Assembly: GCA_963720565.1 (NCBI GenBank)
Contig: CAVRFW010000003.1
Span: 106,547 to 170,546 of the forward strand
DNA length: 64,000 nucleotides
Reading direction: 5' to 3'
Source: Candidatus Bathyarchaeota archaeon
GTDB taxonomy: Archaea > Thermoproteota > Bathyarchaeia > Bathyarchaeales > Bathycorpusculaceae
Positions within the stretch are counted from its first letter, which is position 1. Each line of letters opens with the position of its first letter. The position numbers and the translations under genes were made by a program. Shown in pieces: positions 31,825 through 43,539 of the stretch. The notes below the pieces were generated by a model, which did not search any database, was not told where the DNA came from, and worked only from the letters and a program-made list of their open reading frames with translations.

Positions 31825-33753
31825 ATGATTGAACTTCCACTGGAAGTACAGCACTATTTTCCTTATGATAGCGTACGCCCTAGGCAAGACCAATTTATTA
31901 ACACTGTGTTTAATGCGGTTCGCGATCGTAGATCCGTTCTCATTGAAGGAAGCAATGGCCTAGGAAAGACAATATCAGCGCTTTCCGCTTGCCTTCCAAT
32001 AGCCGTTGAAAAAGGCCTCAAAATACTGTACGTTGCTAGAACTCACCGGCAGCATGATCGCGTGATAGAAGAACTGAGAGCTGTTTTCAAGAAGTATTCC
32101 GTCTCAGGGATATCCCTTCGGGGACGCCACGAAATGTGCCTAAACACTTTCGCTTCAAAAGACAACTTCGACGCGAAATCACTCATGGAAGCTTGTGAAC
32201 TGCTGAAAACTAGAGGAAGATGTCCCTTCTACAAGAACTCAGACGAACAAACATACGAGTACCTTCAGCTCCAGCAGCAGATAGCCACTCGTCCTTACAA
32301 AGCCTCTGAAATCCAAAGAATTTGCCGCAAAAAACAAGTTTGTCCTTACGAGCTTGCGAAAGCTTCATTGTCAGACATCGAGGTAATAGCGCTTAGCTAC
32401 CTTTACGTCTTCGATCCTGCTATTCGCACCGCTTTTCTCAGAAACCTAAACTCTCAATTGCAGAAAATCATACTAGTCGTTGATGAAGCCCACAACCTCC
32501 CTGAAACAGCCATAGATATTTCGAGCAGCACCCTATCCCTGTTCGTTATTAAGCAGGCGGAACTCGAAGCTAGAAGATTTGGGAATAAGGAGGTCGAGTC
32601 TTTTGTCAATTTTTTCAGAAATGAAATCGAAAGAATGACTGAAGGAATAGGCAAAGAGGAAATAGTTCCTCCCGAGTCCCTGCTTGAAATCATTCAAAAA
32701 CAAGGCAACATAGCAAAACCCAGAGAGTACGTGGAACGACTTCATGAAGTTGGCGTTTCCGTACGAAAGAGCCTATTGGGGGAGGGAAAAAACCCTCGCT
32801 CGTACATCCATGGCATGAGTGAATTCCTACTCCGATGGCTCGATACACTCGGTGATGAATCATTCATACATGTCGCCAGCAAGTATTTTACCCGAGAAGG
32901 CGGGAAAACGGCAAAGTTAGAAGTAGTAGCGTTGGATCCATCAAAAGTCACTGCTCCTGTTTTCTCAAACACGTATTCCAACATAATTATGTCTGGCACG
33001 CTTCAACCATTACAAGCTTACGCGAGGATAACTAAACTCCCGGAAAATACAGTGCAGTGTATTGTGCCTTCTCCTTTTCCTAAAGAGCATGTGCTCTCAC
33101 TCGTCTGCCTCGGCATAACAACTGCTATGGAAAAAAGAACATCCGCTATGTATCAAATGATAATAAAGAGAATAAACGAGGTTGCAGAAAACACTCCTGG
33201 AAACACCGGCATTTTCGCTGCTTCATTCGAAGTTCTGAATTCTTTGGTTGCAGAAGGATTAGAAGACGCTTTGGACAAACCGTTGTTTCATGAGAGAAGA
33301 GGCATGAGTTCTAAGGAAAACGAGACAATGGTCGCTGAGTTCAAAGATTGCGGAGACAATACGGGAGCGGTCTTTTTAGGCGTTCAAGGGGGACGGACTT
33401 CAGAAGGTGTGGATTTTCCTGGAAATCAAATGAATTCTGTCCTAGTTGTGGGCGTTCCCTATGCTGAACCTACGCCAAGGGTGAAGGCGCAGATAAGCTA
33501 TTATGAAAAACGTTTTCCAGAATTAGGACGGGAATATGGCTATGTACTTCCTGCTATGAAGAAAGCCTCCCAAGCCGCTGGGCGCCCCATTCGGACGCTG
33601 GAGGATCGAGGCGCAATAGTGTTCTTAGACTACCGTTTTGCTACGGGATACTGCCGAAGTTTTCTTCCGGCATGGATAAATAGTGGCTTGAAGATTGTGC
33701 CATTTGCCGACAAAGTCCTATCTCAAGAAATCCGCGATTTTTTCAAACTCTAA
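31825..33753 (+). CDS. xpd: XPD/Rad3-family Fe-S DNA helicase
   Basis: GLGKT, CPY, DEAHN, MSGTL, SEGVDF, QAAGRPIR. Confidence 0.93.
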   Translation: MIELPLEVQHYFPYDSVRPRQDQFINTVFNAVRDRRSVLIEGSNGLGKTISALSACLPIAVEKGLKILYVARTHRQHDRVIEELRAVFKKYSVSGISLRGRHEMCLNTFASKDNFDAKSLMEACELLKTRGRCPFYKNSDEQTYEYLQLQQQIATRPYKASEIQRICRKKQVCPYELAKASLSDIEVIALSYLYVFDPAIRTAFLRNLNSQLQKIILVVDEAHNLPETAIDISSSTLSLFVIKQAELEARRFGNKEVESFVNFFRNEIERMTEGIGKEEIVPPESLLEIIQKQGNIAKPREYVERLHEVGVSVRKSLLGEGKNPRSYIHGMSEFLLRWLDTLGDESFIHVASKYFTREGGKTAKLEVVALDPSKVTAPVFSNTYSNIIMSGTLQPLQAYARITKLPENTVQCIVPSPFPKEHVLSLVCLGITTAMEKRTSAMYQMIIKRINEVAENTPGNTGIFAASFEVLNSLVAEGLEDALDKPLFHERRGMSSKENETMVAEFKDCGDNTGAVFLGVQGGRTSEGVDFPGNQMNSVLVVGVPYAEPTPRVKAQISYYEKRFPELGREYGYVLPAMKKASQAAGRPIRTLEDRGAIVFLDYRFATGYCRSFLPAWINSGLKIVPFADKVLSQEIRDFFKL

Positions 33754-34866
33754 CCTGATGTGTTGTCATATGGAAGCATAATTGAAGTCTCTCTAAAGTC
33801 TTCATCCAACGTTATCTTGCCGAATGTAATAATCGCTGGTTTCTCGGAGACTGAAGTAAGCACTCGTAACGTCTTCCTGGCTAAGTCAACATTGATTAGT
33901 ATTCCTATTCCTAAAAATCGTCGATGACTGTTCTGTAGCCCCAGCAGCAGCCCTTTTTCTTCCTTTAGCTTGTTTGCCATAGCATTTTCCTTTTCAATTT
34001 TCAGATAGTTTAATGGCATAGCCCTAACTTTGGCGCCAGCAAGATATTTCGCGTAGTTAAGATCCCTTAGGTTTTTGCGCTTTGCCGTGTCACGTTGCTT
34101 CGCCACCTGAGGAGATTCTAAAATTATTGCTGTAAATTTCTTCAGGGCAGTGATTAAAGGCTGCAACTCATCTTTCTGCTGAACAAAGAATACAACATCC
34201 GGCTCCAGCTTTTCAGCAAGCTTCACTTTGTATTTCAGAGCTTCTTCTCCTTCTACCCAACCATCAGTATTTATTATAACAAAATCCGTCGACTCATTTG
34301 TGAATCTCTGATTTCATCAAAATCATGCCTTCCAAAATCTTGTCCAGCGCACCGTTTGGTGAGGTGGATCCTACAAAGAAACCGTTTCTCAACTTTATGT
34401 TGTACATCTCCGTAAGAGGTTCAGAAACAAAGGCATAGCTAACTGTGCATGGTGGACCTATTTCCGTCTGGCCCAAGTCACCGTCCAAAATAGCTACTCT
34501 TTGTTTATGGCTAAATAGCCTGTTGACAAGGTATGTGCAGAAGCTCGTTTTTCCGGAGTCGGTTTTTCCAATCACCATGTTAACCACAGGTCTTTTCAGG
34601 AGTTGTATCAGCCTTCCAAACGTCTCAACCCAAGAAGACGGTACCGTATCACCCTCGACTTCCTTAACACTCGCGTTTTCTCCTAGCGAAATACTAAGGT
34701 TTGACGTTTCTTCTGCGAAGAAAGGCAGTCGTTTTCCTTCTCTGACTACAATTCTGTGATCTTTTCTAACACACATGCCGAAAACTTCAACCTTGCCGGA
34801 AGTAACCGTGACGGCAGCAGGTCCGTCAACTAAGAGAGTTTTTCCTTCCTCAACTTTCTGATTCAT
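33750..34866 (-). CDS. Clp1/Grc3-family polynucleotide 5'-kinase, frameshift near 34300
   Basis: GKTDSGKTS, DGDLGQ..GPP; INTDGWV continues in the second frame. Confidence 0.85.
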
Positions 34867-35497
34867 CGGATCGTCTCCGCAAATAGACCTGCCCTGATCT
34901 GCCGGCTATCCGCGTGGCTGAAGCAATGTCCCTGAGCCCTCTTCTATGCTTTTCATTGCTGCTGGCGCGGTTTGTTCCTGCTTCGCTAACAACCTCCAAA
35001 ACAATTCCGGATGGCAGATCAGCGTTAAGAGTCGCCAACAACTCTTTGTGTGCTGGAACACCATTTCCTATCTTCACTGTGACTTGAGTCGATGAGGGGT
35101 CAACATGTCTTAGAAGTCTCTTTATGCTGTTGGAAACTTCCAAGGTGCTGAAGCAGTTTTCCGTTTCGCTAATTTTTCCGTCTGTTATTATTGCCAATCC
35201 ACAAACATCGCCTGGATCTATACCTATTATGATTTTGTCGTAGGATTTTTTCCCTTCCAAAATCTTGATTGTCTCATCAAACACAGTCTCCGGTTTTGCG
35301 TCCGAATCGCATGTGAGGATTTTTTCGTGTTTTATGAGGTGCTTCTCTTCCTCAGTAGTTATTACTACCTTGATGTCAGTAGGCACTGTCTCGCCAGGTA
35401 TTAGACTTAGGAAAGGGATATTTTTCTCTTTCAACTTGTTCACTACTAAGAAGTAAGTTTTGCCCTGAACCGTTGCGACTGCAACCTTTGTATTCAT
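34850..35497 (-). CDS. Hypothetical protein with RNase H-like (GIDPG) domain
   Basis: IIGIDPG..GLA, VKIGNG, VSEAGT, DIASA. Confidence 0.75.
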   Translation of the reverse strand: MNTKVAVATVQGKTYFLVVNKLKEKNIPFLSLIPGETVPTDIKVVITTEEEKHLIKHEKILTCDSDAKPETVFDETIKILEGKKSYDKIIIGIDPGDVCGLAIITDGKISETENCFSTLEVSNSIKRLLRHVDPSSTQVTVKIGNGVPAHKELLATLNADLPSGIVLEVVSEAGTNRASSNEKHRRGLRDIASATRIAGRSGQVYLRRRSDESES

Positions 35498-35562
35498 ACA
35501 GCTTCCTATACAAATATACGTGTGAATGCAAAACAGATTATTAATTCCGCAGTTAATAATCC

Positions 35563-36270
35563 TTGATGTGTGTTGGCGTGATTAAGATTTCAACAGGATG
35601 TCGGTGCATCGACAGCAGCCTTGAGGGGGGAATATCCCCTGGAAGCTTGTTGCTTGTCTACGGTGAGCCAGAAACTGGAAAAACCACATTGGCGATGCAG
35701 TGTGCGGTTAGCTGTGCCTTGCAAAACTTCAAAACCTTATTCGTGGATTGCGATAACAGTTTCGCCCCCAAACGTTTGTCGCAAGTAGCTGACGGAAAAT
35801 TCGAAGAAATTGCCGACCACATTATACTGGTGAAGCCAATTGATTTTGGAGAACAAGAAGCGGTCATAGATCGACTCGCCGAATACACTGCCAAAAACTT
35901 CGGGCTGGTTGTGATTGACACGGTCACTTCTCTATACCGTGTCAAAGTTGCAGAGAATTCGGGGAGAGCATTCGGAATTAACCGTGAGCTGAACAGACAA
36001 ATGGCTATTCTAGCCCAAACCGCAAAAACCCAAAAAATACCCATGGTTGTGACGAGTCAGGTCAGAAGCGTTTTCGACGACTCTTATGTTAGTGTTGCAC
36101 CCGTTGCCACTAGAGTTTTAAAATTCTGGGCTGATACAATAATTGCCATGAAACCCGCTGAAAACCCTCAGATGATAAAAGCAGTAATTGAAAAGTTGAG
36201 AACACCAACTCAAGAAATCTCCTGCGACTTGATAATAGAAGAAACTGGAATACGCGATTATCAATTCTAG
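35563..36270 (+). CDS. radB: RadB/RecA-family ATPase
   Basis: ISTGC..D..LEGGI, YGEPETGKT, VVIDT, TSQV. Confidence 0.85.
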   Translation: MMCVGVIKISTGCRCIDSSLEGGISPGSLLLVYGEPETGKTTLAMQCAVSCALQNFKTLFVDCDNSFAPKRLSQVADGKFEEIADHIILVKPIDFGEQEAVIDRLAEYTAKNFGLVVIDTVTSLYRVKVAENSGRAFGINRELNRQMAILAQTAKTQKIPMVVTSQVRSVFDDSYVSVAPVATRVLKFWADTIIAMKPAENPQMIKAVIEKLRTPTQEISCDLIIEETGIRDYQF

Positions 36271-36272
36271 TA

Positions 36273-36779
36273 TTGGTTGATCATATGGAAATAGGATTCC
36301 TGATTATTGAGGCATTGAAATTCATATTCCCCGCATATTGCGCAAACGGCGCTCCAGTGCTCGCAGGCGGGGGGCTTCCGTTGGATTTTGGCAAAAACTT
36401 TCTTGATGGAAAGCGTATTTTTGGCAAAAATAAAACATTCAGAGGATTCTTCTTTGGTCTTTTGATAGGTGGGTTGGTTGGGTTAGTAGAGGTCGGTCTT
36501 TTTGGTTATCCTGTACTTTTCAGCTTCGTCTCGCCTTTTGGTGCCCTTATGGGCGATTTGGCGGGTGCTTTCCTTAAAAGGAGGCTGAACATTTCTCCTG
36601 GTGGTTTGCTCCCCGTTATCGATCAGATTGACTTCGTAGTTGGCGCAGTGGTCTTCTCTTTGCCCTTGTCTATTGTGAGCTGGCAGTTGGCAGCAGTGGT
36701 CTTGATAATCACTCCTCCCATTCACCTGTTCACTAATTACTTGGCTTATAGACTAAAGTTGAAAAGCAATCCTTGGTGA
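36273..36779 (+). CDS. carS: CDP-archaeol synthase
   Basis: PAYCANGAPV, GKNKTFRG, GDLAGAFLKRR, DQIDF. Confidence 0.94.
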   Translation: MVDHMEIGFLIIEALKFIFPAYCANGAPVLAGGGLPLDFGKNFLDGKRIFGKNKTFRGFFFGLLIGGLVGLVEVGLFGYPVLFSFVSPFGALMGDLAGAFLKRRLNISPGGLLPVIDQIDFVVGAVVFSLPLSIVSWQLAAVVLIITPPIHLFTNYLAYRLKLKSNPW

Positions 36780-36785
36780 ATGCTA

Positions 36786-37202
36786 CTATCCGCCTTTTAT
36801 CTTGATTGCAGCCTCTATGAAAATGTACGCGAGAAGTAGGAGCGACGCGCCAATAACGACCATCATGTAAGCTTGCCGTGGCTTGTAGGCGTACTTTGTG
36901 CTTGTATAGATTGCAAGCAAACCTGCAAAACCGATGGCGTAAAGCACGGCGGAGATTATGGTGTCGGATATGAATTGTTCTCCGAGCTCGGGATAGAGAA
37001 AGTAGAATACGCCATTGTAATAGGCTGACGGGAGCGGTTGGGAGATGATAGTCAGCAATCCTCCACCAAAAAGAAATATTGTGTAGCCGAGTAAGAGTGC
37101 TGTTACCACGAAGGTTGAGGGCTTTGCCGTGGAAATTCTCCGGAACCATCCGCCCATTGAATACGACGCTGAAGAGGCGCCCTTCTTAATTTTTTTAGAC
37201 AC
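36786..37202 (-). CDS. OST3/OST6-family (OSTC/DC2-like) membrane protein
   Basis: 3 TM; FLFGGG..P..FLYPELGEQFISD..LYAIGFAG pattern. Confidence 0.6.
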   Translation of the reverse strand: MSKKIKKGASSASYSMGGWFRRISTAKPSTFVVTALLLGYTIFLFGGGLLTIISQPLPSAYYNGVFYFLYPELGEQFISDTIISAVLYAIGFAGLLAIYTSTKYAYKPRQAYMMVVIGASLLLLAYIFIEAAIKIKGG

Positions 37203-37419
37203 TTTTTGCTACCTCATTATCAATTAAGTACTTTGCTACTTCTTTAGCCCATTCTCCTGTTAATGAATTTTTCTCAATCTCACTTAAATATTCTTCCCAA
37301 GAGAGTCCGAGTGCCTTCTTCCAAACATCATAACTATTGGCTACGCTTTGGTATGCCTTAAAGTGGAAGATGCAGAAATCTACTTTGTCGGTCTCTCTAT
37401 TGCATACTTTGCATTTCAA
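37195..37419 (-). CDS. Small Cys/His protein coupled to topA
   Basis: TTG start overlapping the topA stop; CKVC..FCIFH, TGEWAKEVA. Confidence 0.75.
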   Translation of the reverse strand: MKCKVCNRETDKVDFCIFHFKAYQSVANSYDVWKKALGLSWEEYLSEIEKNSLTGEWAKEVAKYLIDNEVAKSV

Positions 37420-39541
37420 TGTTTTACCACCAGCTGCTCTTTTAGTGAACAATTAGGATTAAAACATAAATTCCATGGATGTTTCCCTCCAGCCCAGACA
37501 CGCACGGTAGGCCAACCACAACCTTTGCAGGTCTTGCCCGTTGGTTTTACGCCTCCTTTCTGTGGAAGAGGAAAAGCAGTTTTACACATATCTTTAAAAT
37601 AGTTAGTGCAACCTACAAATCGTTTGTTTGTTTTCTTAGAATGCAGAATCACGAGTTTTCCGCTATTGCACATTGGGCACGCGCCGATTGTTCTCTCTTT
37701 GAGTTTAGATTTTCTTATTGCTTGAGTCAAGCTTGCGCCTATCACATTTTCGTTTTCCTTAAGTTCTCGTGTTGAAAGCTCCAAAATTGCCATGGTGTCG
37801 TTCAAAGTGTTTTGTTTTGTTTCATTTCCCTGTTGAATTTCGTTCATTCTTTTCTCAAGCTTACGAGTTAATTCAATTGATACAACCGAAGGACAGTGTT
37901 TTCTCAGAACTTCGATGACTTCGAATCCTAGGTCGGTCACCCTGATTTTTTCCTCTAGGATATATTCTCTATCGTACAAGGTTTGTATAATCCCTGCTCT
38001 TGTTGCCTTGGTTCCTATTTCTTCTCTTTCCATTTTCTTGAGGAGACTGTCTGGGATTGTATCTTGAAAGAGGTTTGGTAAACATGTCTTCCGCCTCTAC
38101 TTTTTTGACATCGAGTTTCTGGCCTTCTTTCACACGAGGTATCGGTCTATCTTCTGAATGTATGTATGGCTTGTAGAAATGGAGCCAACCTTCTTTCAAG
38201 GTTAGTCTTCCATCCAGTTCAAACTGGCTTCCGCCAATTGCAGTAGTCATCCTTACTCTCTGCTGAGTTGCAGGTTCTCCAAAAACTGCCATGAATCTTC
38301 TAACAATAAGATCCAATATTTTCTTTTCAGAGCTATTAAGAGTCCTATCCGGTATGTTGCCTGTGGGGTAAATAGCGGGATGGGCTAAGTCTTCCACTTT
38401 TCCCTCTGTTGGTTTCAGGGTGGATTTGGCGAGAAGCTCTGAGGTTAAGCCCTTATATTCTCTGTTTCTGTTCAGCTTCTTTAGTATGTCATCATACCCT
38501 ATTGATGGCGGAAGCTTTTGGCTTCCTGTCCTCGGGTAGGAAATTAAAGCGTCTAAATACAAGCGTTGAGCAATGTTCAAAGTGTAAATTGGAGAATACT
38601 TGAAAAGGCGGTACGCTTCACTTTGTAGAGAACCTATGTCGAAAGGGTATGGTGGTCTCTGCAAAAACTCTTCAGCGTCAAATTTTTTCTACAGTTCCTT
38701 CCTTTGTTTTGCAGCGGGCAACTATCACATCGGCTTCTGTTTTGGTCTTAATGTCTTCTCTGTTTTCAACTTCAAAAACTGAGCCTGCAATAACGATTTT
38801 TGCTTTCACTTTCCAATAAGGGGTAGGCACGAAACACTTTATCTTCTTCTCTCTTGCCTCAATAAATTTTAGTGTTGGTCCCTGGACTCTTCCTGTGCTG
38901 AGTGTAGCGTAATATCCACTGTACCTTTTTGCTGCTGTGGTCAGTGCTCTGGAGAGGTTTACTCCGTAAAGCCAATCAACTTCATGCCTTGTCAGTCCAG
39001 CTTCGATGAGTGCAAAATCCAAGTTTGGCAAGGCTTGGGTGTATGCTTTTTCAAGTTCTTCTTTTGTAAGTGTTGAGTATTTCATACGTTTTGCAGTTTT
39101 TTCCTTTCCTCCGCAGGCGTATTTCAGGATGCAATAGCCAATTATGCTCCCTTCAATATCGTAGTCACATGCATCGATAAACACGTCTGCGCTATTGCTA
39201 AGTTCTGATATGACGTTGAGCCAGGTGCGAATTCTTGCTGCTCCACGTTCAGCCATGTATCTAGGAACCCACTGTAAATCGAAAACTGGGTAGGTTGATC
39301 TTCCTTTCTTTTTGCTTGTTAACGTGTATAGGTGTCCTAAAGCCGGAACAACGATTACTGTTTCGTTTCTCTTAGCTTCATAATATGGAACACCTTTCTC
39401 TACAGTCTTCTTCGCTTTTCCTGAAGTGGATATTGCCGAGGCTATTCTTTCCGCAGCATCAGGTTTTTCAGTGATAATTAGGGTGTACCTCTGCAAATCT
39501 CGCAATCCACACTTTTGCATTGAGATTGATTTCCAACTCAA
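37416..39541 (-). CDS. topA: Type IA DNA topoisomerase, frameshifts near 38680 and 38045
   Basis: TEKP, DYDIEG, STGRVQGPTL, ISYPRT, GTKATRA, C-terminal zinc ribbons. Confidence 0.93.
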
Positions 39542-39718
39542 AAAGGTTTGCGAGAACTGAAGTTCGCTTTAGAAAGCTCTTCTGCCACTTTCAGATTTTC
39601 GTGCCAGATATTGTCTATCTGAAAATGTTTCAAGAGAGTTTGAAATTGACTATTGCACAGCTAGTAATGAATAAATATGGGGCAAATGTTACAATTTTCC
39701 AATACGAAGTGGATTACA

Positions 39719-39883
39719 ATGCCTCAACGAGTTATTTGCCACGGATGTAATCACGTGTTGTATGACGGCACGGAGCTAAAGCCTCCTGACGAGATTTTGC
39801 ATCAATACGAAGGGATATGTCCCAAATGTGGCAAGAAACTCTCTCTGCTACCTATAGACGTCGAAGTAAAACCTTTCAAATAA
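39719..39883 (+). CDS. Small zinc-finger (CxxC..CPxCG) protein
   Basis: MPQRVICHGC..CPKCGKKL. Confidence 0.75.
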   Translation: MPQRVICHGCNHVLYDGTELKPPDEILHQYEGICPKCGKKLSLLPIDVEVKPFK

Positions 39884-40219
39884 CATAGTCTTTAGTTGAG
39901 GCTTCTATTCAATGCCTCTGAATGTTTTACATAGGCAAATGCGGTGATGGGATATTTTCGCGAGAGTCACGGAACCGCTCAACGCTTTTCTTAAAATTAC
40001 TGGAAGCCTCCGTTCTTACGGTGCATAGACTTCCAAATTGCAGTCCTTTGGTTTTGCAATAAGGCATAAGAACACACTGACAAATTGCCAACAACATTTA
40101 AGCCATTCTCGGAAAGCCATAAATAAACGACGGATGTGATATAAACAATTATTAACGACAAAAATAGATTAAGATTTCATTAGTGTGAAGGGATGGCTTG
40201 AAGCGGAGGAACGAAGATA

Positions 40220-42448
40220 TTGTCTAAGGAAAAAATCGTTAACGGGCTTAAATCTTTTGGAAGGCTACGGATTCAAACAAGCCATGCTTCAATAATCTGT
40301 TTTTCCGCTTTATTCCTGATACTCTTCATTGCTTTTACTATTCGCATTTTGCCCATACGTTGGGAGATACCTTCAGGCACTATACGTCTTAACGAATTTG
40401 ATCCTTATTACCAGTATAGCCTCACAAGCCATATGGTTCAATATGGTTTGTTGTCTCCTTATTGGCCAACACCTTGGGTAAACACGATGCAATGGTACCC
40501 TGGCGGATTACCCATGTATATTTCCTTGCCTGGTCTACCAATGACAGCAGCGGTATTGTACAGCATTGTCTCCTTTTTGGTCCCAAACGTGGATTTAATG
40601 GCGTTCTGCTCCATACTGCCGGCGATACTGGGTACAGTATCGGTATTTGTACTATATTTACTGGGTAAGGATATGGGTGGGAAATCAGTTGGTTTGCTAT
40701 CAGCCCTTTTCTTAGCTTTGGCTCCTTCTTTTCTTCAAAGGAGCGCTCTAGGCTTTTTTGACACAGAAACTGTGGGTGTGTTTGGGCTCTTACTCTTCGT
40801 TTTTCTGTTCTTAAGGTCAATTGAAGAAAACAGATCTTTGCGTTCATCATTGCTATACTCTTTGGCCGCTGGAGGTGCATTAGCGTACTTCATCTTAAGT
40901 TGGGGCGCAGCGTATTACTTGATGGGTTTGATCGCGCTCTTTGTTTTCGCGCTGATCCTGATGAAAAGGTATAGTCAACGACTACTCATAGGTTATAGCA
41001 TTAGTTTTGGATTAGCCCTTTTCGTAGCCACGAGGTTTCCAGTCATTTCCCCTAGTTATTTGACATCGGGTCCGGTCGTAGTAATCGCAGGCGTCTTCAT
41101 TCTGCTCGTCTTATCGGAGATACTTCGCAACAATATATCGTTGAGAACAAAGACAGTGTTAACAGCAGCATCACTAGTCGTGATAGTTGGCGGCTTCATA
41201 GTCACGTGGCAGTTCGGTTATCTTGGGAACATTGCCGGCAAATTCATCTCGGTGCTGGATCCGTTCGTCCGATCTGCAACTCCACTGTTGGAGTCTGTAG
41301 CTGAACACAGAATTTCATCTTGGGGAAACATCTACTATGATGTCGGAATAAGCATACTCTTCTTTGTAACAGGCTTGTACTTCGCACTTAGAAATCCCAG
41401 TAACAGAAACGTGTTCCTGCTGATTTTTGGCGCAACATCACTTTACTTTGCAGCTTCAATGGTGCGTCTGCTCGTTATTTTTGCCCCTGCATTCAGCATC
41501 ATTGCGGCTATAGGCGTTTTTGGTGTTTTGAAGCCGTTTTTCACTCTTCTGAGAGAAACGCCCCAGATGGTAATGAAGTCAAAGCGCAAGCTCGAGCGAG
41601 TTAGCAAAGAGTACAGTGGAATCGCCATTTTTCTCGTTTTTATTCTGCTAGTTACAAACCTAGCTTTTTCTCCTCAAAACGGTGGTATGCCGAGAGTATA
41701 CGGTCAAGCTTACGCGCCGATTACTATAAGCGCTGCCAGTATTCCAATATTGCCTTCTGAACAAGTGCCAACTTGGCTAAACATGCTTAGTTACACTAAG
41801 ACCAATCTTCAGTCAACAGATGTCGTATGCTCCTGGTGGGACTACGGATATTGGCTAACATTAATGGGCAACGTTACGACTTTAGCCGACAACGCCACAA
41901 TCAATACAACACAGATAGAGAACATAGGCTTCATCTTCATGGCAAATGAAACGCAAGCACTTGAAATGCTGAAACTTTACGATGCCAAATACATTCTTGT
42001 CTTCACGGTACTAGCTGTAGGTCAGACTACCAGTGGGACGTACCAAGCCTATCCGGTGAACCTTGGAGACGAAGGAAAATGGGCATGGATGGCCAGAATT
42101 TCAGGTCAAGCTAGCAAGCGACTTGTCGAAGACGGATTCATTGAAGAGGCAGAAGCTTGGACAGACGAAACAGCTTTTGGTAATTCCACATCATCGGGTT
42201 CTTGGAGTTGGAACAACAAAGGATCGAACTCGACGGTTTACAAACTAATGAGCCATGCATGGCAAAGATGGGTAGACACAATTGGAAACCTATACGGAAT
42301 AACCCTGTCAGAAACCACTGCAACACCTACCTACTTCAAGGAAGCAACAATAACTGGCATAACTGTTTTGCCCTCGGAATATGGGGGCTTAATACCACTG
42401 GTTGCCCTCTACGAGATTGACTGGGAAACATACAATAGTTCAACTTAG
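40220..42448 (+). CDS. aglB: Oligosaccharyltransferase AglB/STT3
   Basis: NEFDPY, GFFDTE, SVAEH, WWDYGY. Confidence 0.96.
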   Translation: MSKEKIVNGLKSFGRLRIQTSHASIICFSALFLILFIAFTIRILPIRWEIPSGTIRLNEFDPYYQYSLTSHMVQYGLLSPYWPTPWVNTMQWYPGGLPMYISLPGLPMTAAVLYSIVSFLVPNVDLMAFCSILPAILGTVSVFVLYLLGKDMGGKSVGLLSALFLALAPSFLQRSALGFFDTETVGVFGLLLFVFLFLRSIEENRSLRSSLLYSLAAGGALAYFILSWGAAYYLMGLIALFVFALILMKRYSQRLLIGYSISFGLALFVATRFPVISPSYLTSGPVVVIAGVFILLVLSEILRNNISLRTKTVLTAASLVVIVGGFIVTWQFGYLGNIAGKFISVLDPFVRSATPLLESVAEHRISSWGNIYYDVGISILFFVTGLYFALRNPSNRNVFLLIFGATSLYFAASMVRLLVIFAPAFSIIAAIGVFGVLKPFFTLLRETPQMVMKSKRKLERVSKEYSGIAIFLVFILLVTNLAFSPQNGGMPRVYGQAYAPITISAASIPILPSEQVPTWLNMLSYTKTNLQSTDVVCSWWDYGYWLTLMGNVTTLADNATINTTQIENIGFIFMANETQALEMLKLYDAKYILVFTVLAVGQTTSGTYQAYPVNLGDEGKWAWMARISGQASKRLVEDGFIEEAEAWTDETAFGNSTSSGSWSWNNKGSNSTVYKLMSHAWQRWVDTIGNLYGITLSETTATPTYFKEATITGITVLPSEYGGLIPLVALYEIDWETYNSST

Positions 42449-42476
42449 GCAAGCTGAAAGCTAAGGACGCGATAAA

Positions 42477-43346
42477 TTGTTTCCGAAAGTTCCAGACCAG
42501 CACAAAGCAGGTCAACCCCTAATCCCCAACGGTCTAGGCGTGTTCTACGTCTTATTCACCACCGTCTACCTTTTCTCTATATACTTCATTGGTGTTGACA
42601 GAGCCGCAAACGGCGTTTCAGCTTCCTTAACCCTGGCCGCATGCATATTGTTTGGGGGCTTCATGGGTTTACTTGATGACTGGATGGACCTGAAATGGCG
42701 CTACAAAGCTTTTATGCCGCTAATCGCGGCTTTGCCACTGATTCAGTTTGCACTCGGGAATCCCCTTACACGCACATCGATATCTTTACCCATTGTAGGC
42801 TTGATTCAGTTTGGTGATGCATACTACTTCCTTATTATTCCCTTGATCGTCATGATCGTGACCAATACTGTAAACCAGCTGGGAGGCTTGAATGGTTTGG
42901 AAACAGTCTGTCCAGCAATAGTTCTGATAGGGCTGACGGCAATGTCATCTCAATTGTTTCAGATCCTGATGGTTGGGCCTTTAATCCTGTGGGTCATTCT
43001 TCTTGTTTTAAACATTCAAGGCAAGATTTTCGTCGGCAATACTGGATCATTTGCGATAGGAATGACAGTAGCGTCGTTTGCGATAATCACAGATTTGAAA
43101 TCGAGCTTGTTGATTTCGATTTTGCCCTATGTTTTCAATTCAGTTCTAATTCTTTCGGCGATTTTGTTTTTGAAGAAAAGAGCAAGCCTATCGTTTGACG
43201 GCAAAAGACTTGTTTCGGACCATAGGAGAAGCTTGGCTACACTCATAGCGTATCGACGGTCCTTAACTGAACGCAAATTGGTAACCATAATATCGTTCCT
43301 TTTTGTGTTCTTTACACTACTCGCCGTGTTTGTTGAGTTTTTCTAA
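42477..43346 (+). CDS. MraY/GPT-family polyprenyl-phosphate sugar-1-phosphate transferase (AglH-like)
   Basis: GLLDD, NTVNQLGGLNGLE, FVGNTGS. Confidence 0.88.
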   Translation: MFPKVPDQHKAGQPLIPNGLGVFYVLFTTVYLFSIYFIGVDRAANGVSASLTLAACILFGGFMGLLDDWMDLKWRYKAFMPLIAALPLIQFALGNPLTRTSISLPIVGLIQFGDAYYFLIIPLIVMIVTNTVNQLGGLNGLETVCPAIVLIGLTAMSSQLFQILMVGPLILWVILLVLNIQGKIFVGNTGSFAIGMTVASFAIITDLKSSLLISILPYVFNSVLILSAILFLKKRASLSFDGKRLVSDHRRSLATLIAYRRSLTERKLVTIISFLFVFFTLLAVFVEFF

Positions 43347-43476
43347 CTCTTTTTTCGATTCTGAACAAGTTGGCACATCGCATTTCTTCTTCACTTAACA
43401 GGAACTGCTCCGGCTAATGCCGTTCTTGTTAGTTCAATAAGTTTAATAGGAAATATGCAAGTGGATAAGAACCAAA

Positions 43477-43539
43477 GGCGGGTAGGTGGACCTCCACCCG
43501 TTCCGCTGCTAAACAAATCCCGGTGTAGGAGGTGGAAAA
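43477..43539 (+). promoter_or_regulatory. Structured 5' leader of queT (riboswitch candidate)
   Basis: TATA-like tttaata at 43442; GC-rich hairpin, A-rich tail and SD aggaggtgga. Confidence 0.4.
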
